Assembly: GCA_002633005.1 (NCBI GenBank)
Contig: NMRA01000904.1
Location: forward strand, 1-64,000
Direction of reading: 5' to 3'
DNA from: Phoronis australis
Lineage: Eukaryota > Animalia > Phoronida
Length of the DNA stretch: 64,000 bases
The notes under the pieces were generated by a model, which did no database searches, was not told the DNA's origin, and saw nothing but the letters and a program-made list of their open reading frames with translations. Made by a program: the position numbers and the translations under genes. This document shows positions 52,245 through 64,000 of the stretch, piece by piece (within the stretch, counting starts at the first letter, position 1; every line of letters starts with the position of its first letter).

Positions 52245-52600
52245 ACAGACCTGTGAACAAGGTCCTACATAACCTTAAAAGAGAGACCGTCCAAACATTA
52301 CCTGTCCACCAGATATCCCACAAATACATTGGTCAGCATTTCAAAGAATGGCTTTGCAGCCACGATTACACCAATTTCCGTTGCCCTTCTCGTTCGTGTG
52401 TCTTCGGTTTGGGTTTGATTAGCCCTCGTTTTGTTTTCACGTGACGCGTTCCACAGTGTATGACTGTTGTCCAAGCTGTTCATCATGTCCGGTAGAATAG
52501 GATCTAGATGATGTAAAATGAATATAATGCAATCATCAAAACTTACCTAAATGATACTTTACTAATGCCAATCAACGTTACAACAATATAGCTTATGCAT
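52245..52600 (-). pseudogene. SLC18 (vesicular amine/acetylcholine transporter-like MFS) gene fragment; clear exon 52503-52302
   Basis: AG|(D)PILPD + glycosylation-rich luminal loop + EIGVIVAAKPFFEMLTNVFVGYLVDR|GT, matching the SLC18 TM2 region; next GYVGP/LFTG piece is frameshifted. Confidence 0.65.
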
Positions 52601-54519
52601 GGAAAGACGTGTTGTCAGAAAAGCAACGAGAGAATTAAATTCAAAATAATTATTTCGGGGATATTTTCAATACTTTATTCTACAGTATAGAAGAGCCACA
52701 CGAGAACAAGAATGCAAGCTGTTGTTGTTTGGACTAAGATCATTTAGTGATTGACTTTGGGAGTGTCTAGGCCTACTGCATGCTTGTTACCTGTCAAGCC
52801 AGTAATCCTTTTGCGACTGACGTGAAATAANNNNNNNNNNNNNNNNNNNNNNNNNNNNNNATCCGTGTATTGTGTTGTATTGCTCATGGTACGGGTTCAG
52901 ACTCTGTTGTATTAAGATTCCAATCCCCAACCCAATGAGTATTTTCAGTAAAATTTCAAGACAATGCAGGTTTATGGATTTATTCTCCTTAAAATGAAGA
53001 GTAAATATCAAATTCTGCACAGGTTTTTTAAAAGTAATCAATTATTGGAAGATCACACATCTAAAAAATAAAACAATGTTTGACAATTTTATTCATTGTC
53101 TCATTTGAAAATTGCCTACCTCACAGACAATTCATCTAAGCTGAAAATATTCCTTGTGAAAAACTATAAAATACCAACCAGAGACTTGTGCAATACAGAA
53201 TATGTTTTCATAATACAATACAAAGATAATTGTACAGTCAAAAGTGCAATTATTATGACTCTAATAAAAAAATGCCTTCTAGATCTTTTCAACACTCTAA
53301 TTGTTACAGGACAGAGTCAACCACACAAAGCCCATAAAGTCAGGGAATTACATTTAAGGTGATGTAGTCTCACTGCGAAAAAGTGATTTCGCAATATCGC
53401 TGACAACACTGGAAATCTCTTCTCCACAAACTTGAGGTAGATGTATTTACCACATCAATGTTCTTATCAAAACTAACCACCACAAAATGAAAAATTGGCA
53501 TGACGGTTCCAATTAAGCAGCATTTTACATTGAAATGGTCATGAAAAAATACTTTTGCAACATGGTTTGCATTACAATTGCCCTACGATTACAGTTGTAC
53601 ATACATACTAGACCACTACCAAAATTACCCATGGGAACCATAAAATGGTCAATTCGCCAAAAAAACAAGGAGCCACCAGAGCTAATGTGCCAATACTTTT
53701 CAGTACTGCAACAAAAATCATTTGAAGTGGACACAAACCCGGCTAGAATCACATAAAACAACTTTTGATTTAGACATTCCACCACCACGAAATAGGTATT
53801 AGTTCCAGGTCACTTTTGAGCAATTTCAGAACTTTGAAAGATCTGGCAATATGCAATTGCCAGAGACCAGACTAATAGTGTGTGATTTTATACACACAGC
53901 ATGGTCTCAAGGAATAGCAAACTGTCAATTCGCTATAATTCCAGAAATCACTTATCATCTAGATAAGGAACAAACTGAGCAAATTTTATAGAAGTAAATG
54001 GTCTAAATCAAAACTTATTACCTCCTGGACAGAATATGGGTTTACAACACAGGTAGAAAGATAAGTTAACAAAACCAGCCTAACTGCAACAGGGTCTCAA
54101 ATTTCAGTAATATATACCCATTTACAAACAAAAATCTATAATGGTAAATGAAATGCGGAAACATAAATTCAGATCAATTATGCATCTTCAAGGAAAAGGA
54201 ACAGTACAGTGGTCAGAAATCATCTAAATGTGATGGCCACACTGAGAAATCCTGTCAGACCAAAAAATCCAGTGGCTAAACAAAATGAACAATGTACCAT
54301 TACCATGTGGCCCAGGATCAGGATCCGTGCCTGGACAAAAATTCGGTCTTAGACTAGGTAAATTTTAGATTTGTGCTGTTCACACAAGCAGTTCTGGTGC
54401 AAACAAAGCTTGCGACAACACACAAGCCTACTTCCCTACACAGCTGTGCTGATACAATAATGCCCCCACTGGATTTAGCAGGTCAGCCAGAGGATTTACA
54501 GGTCCAGCCACTGTACTGT

Positions 54520-55645
54520 TTCCTCCTTTTGAATGTTTACAATGCTACATCCTTGACAGTCGCAGATTGCCTCTTTCAATGCATACTCCACTTCCTCTGT
54601 CCCAGTTTCCCCACATTTGCTGAAAGTGGCTTATCTCAACAAATTACTATGGACCTGTTGTGGTATAAGCCAGTAATCTTTGGTAAATACTTTTTCCCCC
54701 GACTCGTTCCTCAAGCTACAAATTCTCTTTGACATATCTTCTGGGAGTAGACTTTTCGGTCCCTCTCAAGCCCCCTCACTCAGTTGTCCAGAAGGGTACC
54801 TTCTTGCTGGTTGTGAACTTTTCCATACCCAACCATTATTAATGATCAGCAAGTCTCCAACTTCAGCAGAAGCCACTTCTTCAGCATAAGCCTTTCCTGA
54901 TTCCTAAAATTGTATTAATGAAAAATTAAACATATTAAATTTCATGTGGCCATTTCGGCTCAGAAAATATGAATACCAAGCTAAAACTTTACGGCTTTAG
55001 CATGTTTAATTAACTTCATAATCCCAGAAAATCATTGGTAGACATAACATACTCCCTAGTCTCTAAAAGTAGTTCATAGGCAGAAGTTACGTTACACATT
55101 TGGTGGTTGTTATGAAAAGTTATGATGACTACCTATTTTCTATGCCAATGTAGTTGCATAAACATCAACACATTTGAATAAGATACGATTAAGCAATAAG
55201 GCCCAAGTTATAAGCAATCACGGTGTGTCAATAAAAGTATTTTTGCATAAATGACGCGCTTCTAAAAATATTCCTCAGGGTCGGACCCTGGAGTTTAGTG
55301 ATTCCTACCTGAGCTCACACGAAGCTGGACGTTGAACCTTGACTTAACGTCTTTGGTCATTTTTCAGACCTCTATCAGATTTCTCCTCTAGTGTGCAGTG
55401 GATGTTCTCAGTGTCTTTGGCGACGCTAATATATCTCGAGTGTTGTAACGATGATCTAATACGGTAGATTATGTAGCTCCTGCACACCTGCCTCCGAGGC
55501 AAGCACTGAGACAGACTACTTCTCAGGAGGACACGTTTCCAAAGTTCTTTCTCTCCGCAATTTGTGGAAATACCACAATCGATGCGACTGGCAGTGCCAG
55601 ATAAATAGATAAATTCGCAAACCCGCACTTTAGATCAGCCATCAT
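54520..55645 (-). pseudogene. DNA transposase remnants (C-terminal 54904-54520, possible N-terminal 55645-55340), tentatively Sola3-like
   Basis: NGWVWK...LPEDMSKRICSLRNESGEKVFTKDYWLIPQQVHS resembles a GWAL..F..EWL..QQI.S C-terminal motif recalled from invertebrate transposases; contains stops. Confidence 0.45.
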
Positions 55646-56055
55646 TCAACTAACGCATTGTAAGCTTTAGTTTGGTATTCAGACGAGTTGGATGAACAAA
55701 TTTAGTATAATTTCATATTTTATTTGGAAAAGCTAGTGTCCTTAAAATTAATTAAAAACATTTAAGCAAACCAATTGTTTTAATTGTTGTATTATACCAC
55801 GGCATATTAATGCGTAGAAACGGCGCACAACTAGTGACTGGTTTAACATGACAAATACCCATACGCGGTCTGAAAATAGTGAAATTCAGACACCTATTAC
55901 CAAGCCTGCCTGAAGGGCTGACAAAGTTTTTATTGTATTAATTTCAAGGGCATGGAGTCTTCTACATGCCCATGTTATTATTTTTAGTTTTCTCGCGGGG
56001 GCAGCTTCGCTATAAGGGCACAACTTACTGCTGGTTTTTCACAAGACGGAAATGT

Positions 56056-56421
56056 CAGTCCACGGAAACAGTTCCAGTGTTACCATGGTAACCGATATTG
56101 CAGTGTCGATGCCGTTTTTACTGACATTGGTCATGAACCTATCATGTGATATCAAAATTGTTCAGAAACGATTCTGTTTGAAGCAGAAACTGGAGTAGAA
56201 AATTTGGTCAAAAATGACTCATTCCACACCAAGAAATTGCCTCATTTTGCCCCCCAGATCACTTCCCTTGTATCTCCTAAACCACCAAACTTTGTGGTGT
56301 CATACTTCACCCATTTTCTCTCATCCCTAATGTGATTTATCAGACTAAACATGGATCTGAATGGCTGACCCCCCACCTTGCCGCTTGTTGGCTGTAGAGT
56401 GGTCGGTGGATCCGTGGACTG
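56056..56421. mobile_element. Small TIR element; right part is related (inverted) to 5051-5120
   Basis: CAGTCCACGGA / TCCGTGGACTG; GGCTGACCCCCCACCTTGCCGCT matches the reverse complement of 5075-5096. Confidence 0.55.
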
Positions 56422-57280
56422 ATACATAACATGAGAACATATCAAGTGAATTTGTAAGATTTGTTTTCCGTGGACTTATTGTTCGTGATTTCACGTAACT
56501 TCCTCAAAATGGCGCACTGTGACAGAAACGTGAGCGAACCGCGACGTTTTCATGGATAGGTTCAAGTTACTTGTAGACTAAATTGTATCCAGAGTCAGGG
56601 TATGTGTTAATTCATTATAACTCCATGGGCGCATATGCATGTTTCATTTGATTTTATTTGCTGTATTTTGAAGTGAGTAAGTTCTTATGGGGATAAACTA
56701 TCGCTCCTGTATGCTTGCGGCATTCGGCCTAGACCGGGTTGAGTTCCAATTTCAGTCCGTTCACAGCTTCGCACAACATAACAAGTTCACATTTTCTTCG
56801 TCCATTCACTGTTATTCCATGATCCATCTACCATCTTTTAAGTTGCGATAACGTTTTAAGCGTAAAATTCACCATAAGAACTCCAGTAAAATTTAGCGTG
56901 TGTTACAAAGACTCGGGGCCAAACAATACCAATAAAGCGGGTTTTGCCCCTTTTCCGGTGACGTCACATTGACTAACGAGAAACTCGCAAGTGAGCTATT
57001 GGAATGACACTCTTATGATAGCAGCAGAAACGCGCTCGTAAAACTCAATACGTGGAAGTGCTTCAGATAAGGATAAATGAATTAAGCTCAGGCGTCGACT
57101 CTTGCCATACTGGAAGGAAGATCTGACTGCTTACCCTAAAGTACTCGTTCCACATTACTACACATCCTTGAAATGAAATGTAACTTAAGTCGTGGGAGAC
57201 TAAATTCAAATTTATGACCACGGACAGTTAGATCGAAATATTTATTACATGTTCGAAAAAAGTTATCAGCAGAGACACTT

Positions 57281-57427
57281 CAGCGGCGCATGCAGGATTT
57301 TGAGTAAGGGGGCAGAGTAGAGAATTAGCCAGGATTTTGCCCGATAATCATTCGCACCCCCGAATCTAGGAGAATTTTAGGGGGGCATTGAGTCCTTTGG
57401 CTCCCCCTCCCCCTAAATCCGCCACTG
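57281..57427. mobile_element. hAT-like MITE
   Basis: CAGCGGCG...ATCCGCCACTG ends, similar to the end at 15091; no clean TSD. Confidence 0.5.
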
Positions 57428-57764
57428 CTCTTACTAACCAGTACTGGATAGGAGACCAACTTTAGTCATTTCTAGTTTGCCTTAAGGCACTTACAACAAG
57501 TCCTTCCGTTGTCCGTGGTAGAGAGTCCCTCATTGCATCGGCACTCAAAGCCGTCGCGAAGTTCTATGCATGTGGCATGTGCTGAACACAAATCAATCCC
57601 AAAGCATTCGTTAAATTCTAGAAATAGGGATATTAAAGAAGCATATTACTCATTGACCACAACTCATCGCACGAACATCATCAAATTTAAGATGGAAGTG
57701 TGTACGGAGGGAAAACTTGGTAAACCTTTTAGCTGCAAATCGAGCCAGACAACAAATCACGAAG

Positions 57765-57900
57765 TACACATACACGCACGCACACGCCTATACATACATA
57801 TATAAATCCTGAATTCATTACTAAATCTGCTCATGTATATATATGTATGCATGAATGAATGCATGTATGTATCTGTGCATGTATGTATGTATACAGATAC
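57765..57900. repeat. Low-complexity (CA)/(ATGT)n tract
   Basis: acacatacacgcacgcac... atgtatgcatgaatgaatgcatgtatgtat. Confidence 0.7.
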
Positions 57901-60599
57901 TATACTTCATGCATTGTATTTAATGCAACATTTTCATGAAAAAATCGAAACATTAACAAAACGAAACGATATTTTTAAAAACCATCACCACATCTTTAGC
58001 TGTCTTGAATCAAAGTTATGTTAATAAAGCCGTTGTTTTAGTTATATATTGGTTTCATTAGTGATCATGCATTCTAACTAGCGCCACCTTATGCGAATTG
58101 TTGTAACTTGGAATTACCTCCCATGTGTTTTTTTCTGTTCCTTATTGTTCACAATCCTACAATCCAACGGTTTTTTTGTCACTGAGTTTTTTCTGAAAAA
58201 GTTGTTGTCACGTTATCTAATTCATGATATCGGCAAATACTTAAAAAATCAAATGCTTAGGACTTCCTTCTTTCAGGGTATATGCGCACACTCACCCACA
58301 CACACGGGTGCTCACACAAACAACACACACACGTACGCATACTTTTGTTGTAGATATTGAGCTAAATTGACATATCGCCAGGTATTTGAGTGAGGGCTTA
58401 ACTGGCCAATCAGAAAGCAGCATTTGTGAAACACCTTCGTTTCCAAGCCGCCATTTGACCTGCCAAACAACACGTTGCCGAGTAAATTATTGCTTATTTG
58501 ACATTTTGCAAGGTGGCGGAGCTTGCGATAGGTCAATTCTCAGACTTGTCAATCATAACCTTGGGAAAGAAGTTCGAAGACTCACCAACGATTTCATATT
58601 CATTTGATTCCGTTTTTAACAGTCTGGTAATCGTTATAGAAATGTTCCGTGTTGTTTCCGAGTTGTAGGGTCTTGTGTCCACCCACGTGTAAATCAAGAC
58701 TTTCACCTTGCCTGTTGCGCTTTTTCTGCAATTCACAACTTCATGTGTTTTGCTGTCGGTCTTACAAAACGACAGTAAATACATGTAGCATGAGTGTTTA
58801 TAGCGAAATATGTCTATTCCTCGACAATTTTATCCTTGTTCACGTGTCATTGGCGGCACAGCACTGACAAGAAGTGGTGGGCTATAGCCCCCAGCCCCAT
58901 GTGGTGCATCACACATACATGTAGACTGGGTGGCACAGCATTGAGAAAAGTGGGGCTATAGCTTCCAGCCCTCTATGGTTCTGACATATACGGTTATCAG
59001 ATCAAAGGCTGTACTCCTTGCTGTTCAACTTGGAAATTGTAGACATCACTTTAAAAGGCAGTTTGGAAACTCAACCTTGTTAGTACCCGTTGTAACATTA
59101 TCGGCAGGTAATGTACACCTGCGTTTCACCCAGTTTAATTCGCTAAATAATGAGGGGGGTGGTGGGTCGAGGGGTTTGTCAGGGTCGAGGTGTTCGAGGA
59201 GGTTTTAGAACAATCCACTCAAAAATGAACATGTTAGAGTTTATTACGGTTGGCCAACATTAAATTGCGAATTAAAAAACGACGCATGTCCTCGCTGTCT
59301 GTGATTTGAGTTGCAACTAGTCTGATTATGGTAAGTACTGTTATGAGAGCGCTTTTTTTCTAAGAGTTCCGTGCCTAATTTGATTTTTGTTTCTAGCTTG
59401 TAAAACACGGAGAAATGCAGTTTTAAAAGATGCAGTTAACAAAGAAAACAGCTTACCTCATGGAGGAGATTGTGGCCCTAACGAAATCTGTAACGCTTCC
59501 ATTCAGTTTGGCATCTGTCTGAAAGGAATGTCAGGCCCATCTTGTTACAAATTGTTAAGCCGACGTCAGCATCCTTTTAAATTTAACAGTCTTAATATGT
59601 CAGATATCCAATACTAAAACCGTCATAAGTGTGATAAGCGCTCTCACAGCACGATATGATCTCTAACATCAGGAAATTAATAAAGCCTTTAGGACGTCTT
59701 AATTTCTTCTGAAAACCTGTCGAAATTTCCTGAGCTTCGTCGTCCAGAATATTGCATACAAATGTAGGTAATCGATCTTCGCTAATGGGTGTCCGAGATT
59801 TCTGCCTTTAAAGAAGCGTGGAACGAGATAAGCAGACTAAATTGCAACATTTAAAGTGATTCTCTGCCACTGGAACAGAATTAAGCCTGCTCACCAAGTA
59901 TTTCAGTGATTTTCTCATAAAGGTTTCTGCTGATATCAAAGCAATGTCTTACACTTCAAATTTCAAACGATCTGCTATCTGCTTGCCACTCGATTTTTGT
60001 CCCACAAGGCAAAGCACGTCTCCTTATTTGCTATTCCAAGACATTTAACGAGTAAATTTATGACAAATAGACACCCAATCTACAACAACTTGCAACAAAA
60101 GGTTTTACAGTGGTTTTATGCTCTACTGGGTATGCTTATGAAAAGGAAAAATGTCTAAAATCTGATCACCGAAAGTGGGTTACAACTGCGTCATTTCCAA
60201 GATGGCCGCCACCGTGACGTTTCGAATCAATATAAATAGATATAATTTCTTCAATAAATTTGATAGAGACATATTTTTTGGTTTTAGTCTATGGTTTTAA
60301 GGAGTGAGCAACTCAATACTGCGGTTAACATTAACATATGATCAGAATTTGATACAAAATTCAAGATAGCGGCTAAAATTCAAGACCGAAAAATCACTGA
60401 TTTGTCCATTGTTTAAAATCTTATCCCCTATAACGAAAGCATGATTAAATGTGACTGGTTTCTGATGAATTGGCTTGCATAAAGGCAAAAAAATTGTCTA
60501 GTGTATAATTGTTTGCCTCTAATATATTTTTATTTAAAAAAAATCACACAAGGAAGCTAGAAGCCAGGGCAAAATGACAACATCTGTCTGAAGTCCCCC

Positions 60600-63500
60600 A
60601 CAATCAGCGGCAGAGTCATCGACAATCTTGATAAGAAGTCTGTGGCTGGACTGAACATGCTCCATACTGCTCGGGCAATGATTAGGGCAGATCGCACTTG
60701 GTCTTGGAATGATCACTTGCAAGCTGTTGGTGATGCCTTGCCAATATTTGCTGCAGCTAGACACCACAACTACTTGAAATCCGCTTACTTCTACATACGA
60801 GAAATGGCTGATTTGGCGAACAAACATCCAGATGTGTCTGCGAAGTTTCAAAAATGGCTTTCGTGTGATTCGGCGAACAAACCAGTTCTGGACAGGCCTC
60901 AGCTGTGATCTAGCCATTGAACATATTACTATATGTGATCGTTAAGAAGCTCAGGCGGTTTGACTCATGGAAGTAAGATGGCAGAGGAGCAGGGAGCATT
61001 ATGGACAATGTCGGTCACCTGCAAGGTGATGTTAACATCACCTTGCAGGCCTTCAATGACGTCACGTACACAACAACCAAACAATACAAAGAAGCAACTG
61101 GTGCCAGAATTGAAAGAGGTGCATGCGACTTCGCGAAGATAATCACAAAAGTGCCTGAATGTTCACCATTCTCCTTAGACTGGGAAACGCAACTACTGTC
61201 TAGGTTGGTCCTAACGGATTCATCGATCCTATCTTACTCTTTCAGCTGGGTTTTCTGGTGGTATCCCGTTGAGATGACTTGTCTCTTGAGGAAGTGGTGA
61301 GTTTCGAGCTCAGTCCATACCCACCGTTTCTCTGAGGACAACCTGATATTGAAGAAGGTTTATAAACTTCAACTGACTCAAGCCGTTTATGACCACTGTT
61401 CCAAGGCCCATGCACGTAAAGGAGCACCAAACTCCACACCTTCAATACGTCTCCAGACTAAAAGGTATGAGCTTTATGGAGGATCTTTGCTCAACAAGCT
61501 TAAATGTAAGACGGCAGATGCGCATGGAAAACTTGCCAGAACATATGCTGACTTCATGACAAAGCACTATGAGGCAGTCACTGTTGTCTTTGGTGACTAT
61601 GCTGCAGGTCCTCCGATAAAGGATAACATTCAGCAGAAACGGAGACAGACCAGCACCTATCCGACTGTGAATTTCACCGGAGAAACGGAATTTGATGTTT
61701 GAGAGAGATGAATTCCTATTCACCAGAAATAACAAGCCAGAACTGATCGCCTTAATAAGTGACCAGCTGCAGAAAGTGGGATGCACAGCCGTTCACGGAG
61801 GAAGGGGACGCTGGTGTGGACATTGCAAAGACCGCAGTAAACAGTGTAGTATGTATTCCACAACAGTAATCGGCAAGGACACTGAATTGTTGATGCTTAT
61901 GCTCCATAACTGAAGGGCTGAAGGGAAACCGCTTTTTTTCAGATTGTACAATTAGTCAAGAACCAATCTGAAAGTATACGACATAAATTGAATGAAGTGT
62001 GTGCTCTGGGCCCGGTCTCCAATTTTCCTACTCAGACTCGAATCTTACTCAAACAAACACTTCATACTCAACTCGAGTACAGACTTAGCTTTGGTGTATT
62101 CAATGTCGTACTCGAAAAATCTGCACTCGAAATTTCGAGCACGTATTCACTTTTCGAGTATATATACTCACTGGCAGTGTGCTTGAAATGGTACTCAAAA
62201 ATAAATACAGCGGATGCGAGACACAGACAAATTATTCCACAAGCGAAAGAAGAAAATATCGAAAACCCATTAAGAAACACAACAAATATTTGTCAAATTT
62301 TAGTCCTCATACCAGATTTCAGAGCTTGACACAATAGTTTTCATTTTAAATCTTCTTCATCTTAAACCGACGTATCACAGCACTGCTTTGCCGCCAATTT
62401 GTAAACTCCTTACTAGGATTCCTGGCAACTGGCGAATTCTAATCTTATGTCGACGAGTCATTACAAGTGTCAAAAGCTGCTGTGGTGAGGGGGTTGCATT
62501 GATTGCAGAGCATGCGCAACGGGTTTTACGGTTTCCTTAAGACGAGAAAAGTTCAACAACAGTTTACTTCCCTGTCAGACAGCCTACATTTCACATCATA
62601 GTTTTAGTCATTGTTAATTCCTCAATTCCCGAATGGTATTCCACATTCTGTTTGCCTATTTCTAAGTTGACGTCAGATTTCAAAAATACAGTATCAAATT
62701 TTTGACATCATCTTAAGCCTACACGGCAATGGGTTCTATGAAAAGACTAAATTAGCAAGAAAGAACAGGGGTTGACCAGAAACCAAATAACTGCGGCCCA
62801 AAAATGTCGACTGGAGCTTCGGGTTAAAGTGGACAACCGGCTTACTTGAGAAGAACGCCTCCGCTGGCAATTAAGGTACAAACTTTTGAAATTCGACCTC
62901 CCGTTAAAGAAAATGTGCAATTCGAACTCTCCCTTAAAAATGTTGGTTGCAGGCCTGTGATTTGGTGCCTGACCCCCGGGCCTGTGGTCACCGACCCACC
63001 ACTGCACGTATCACTAAGAAAGAAAATTTAAGTGGTTGGTGTGACCATGCCAATTCTAGGAGTAAATGTGTAAAGTGTAGGGGAGAATGAACTCATTTTG
63101 CCCCATGGCTAAATCAGACACTGTCATCATGTCTTCACCTCTTTGATGTGATAAGCTGTTACAAATTTCTTAAGACATTTTCAGGCGATGAGGAACTCAA
63201 GAAGAAAAGCTTAATAATTGGCAAATGTATCAAGAAATGGTATACGAATATTGTTTTGAAACTGAACAAAAATTGAATAACAGTTACAGAAACTCGGCAT
63301 TCTACGTTATAGTTTAATTTGTAATTGTGGCGACAGCAGACGATAATGTAGTTGCTAGGGTAGTCTATGCGAATAGGGAACGCTGAATCAGCGCGACTTT
63401 GCGTGGTTTTGCATTTCACATCATAAAGGGTTCCATAGCAACTCAGTACGATTTTCAGATTTGAGTACGTTTTTGTCTACACGAAATGCGACATTAAATA

Positions 63501-64000
63501 CGCTTTTTGAGTACGACTCCAGTGAGCACGATTTTGAGTATGCAATCTCGAGTATGAGTATGAGTAACAGTCTGAGTACGGAGATTGGAGACCGGGCCCA
63601 GGATTAAGTAGCGCACCCAGATACTATTCCTGCACTCCTTCACAGGATGCGACTCAATAACTCGTATATTTGCTGGCGTTGGAAAGAAATCAGTCTCTCA
63701 GAAACTCGTGAAAGATGACCAAGTCCTCTAGTCATGCGCAGACACATTCACTACGACTGGTGTGAGCCCAGCTGAGATAGAGAAACTTGGTAGACAAGCG
63801 ATGGTCGCAATATTTGGTAGAGAGAGCACGTGTTCTCTGGTTGCCATGCATTACAACATATTCACGAAAAAGGTTGCTGCTGCTAAGTGTTTCGCTACTC
63901 ATGAACGTCTTCCACCAACGGAATCAGCCGCCAGGTTTCATTGTCTTGAGTGTACTATCAGGTCATGGTTTGGACAGGGATGGCAAATGATCTGGATCAT
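60600..64000 (+). pseudogene. Academ (XPG-domain type) transposase pseudogene, split by a Harbinger insertion and continuing beyond the window
   Basis: IRADRTWSWNDHLQAVGDALPIFAAARHHNYLKSAYFY; VVFGDY..IKD; GKDTELL; ILFLHSFTGCDSITRIFAGVGKK (XPG/H3TH-like); ERLPPTESAARFH; many stops and frameshifts. Confidence 0.75.
62009..63598 (+). mobile_element. Non-autonomous Harbinger (family A), inverted relative to 38573-39956, with a secondary insertion at ~62766-63140
   Basis: Same TIR; flanks CTG (62006-62008) and CAG (63599-63601). Confidence 0.9.

Noticed and set aside
59400-60050. Possible Tigger/pogo transposase relic
   Set aside because: Only faint motif echoes, on conflicting strands; not supportable by eye

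Overview
AT-rich, gap-containing draft sequence from an animal genome, most likely a marine invertebrate (inference from the TE repertoire). It is dominated by nested DNA transposons and LINE relics. Main elements: a spliced Harbinger transposase at the left edge, and two copies of a non-autonomous Harbinger family. A 9.6-kb P-superfamily element (29-bp TIRs, 7-bp TSD) carries several unexplained ORF remnants and a nested Kolobok. A second Kolobok derivative has the same THAP/KolX layout. Also present are an Academ (XPG-type) transposase pseudogene, TAGC...GCTA elements with 9-bp TSDs, hAT relics/MITEs, and CR1-like and RNase H-bearing LINE fragments. A multi-kb composite block is present twice. 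Host-like sequence is limited to a minus-strand gene for a SEA-like domain + single transmembrane helix protein and a degenerate SLC18-like fragment. All family assignments come from motif recognition by eye, not from database searches. No rRNA, tRNA or CRISPR was seen.
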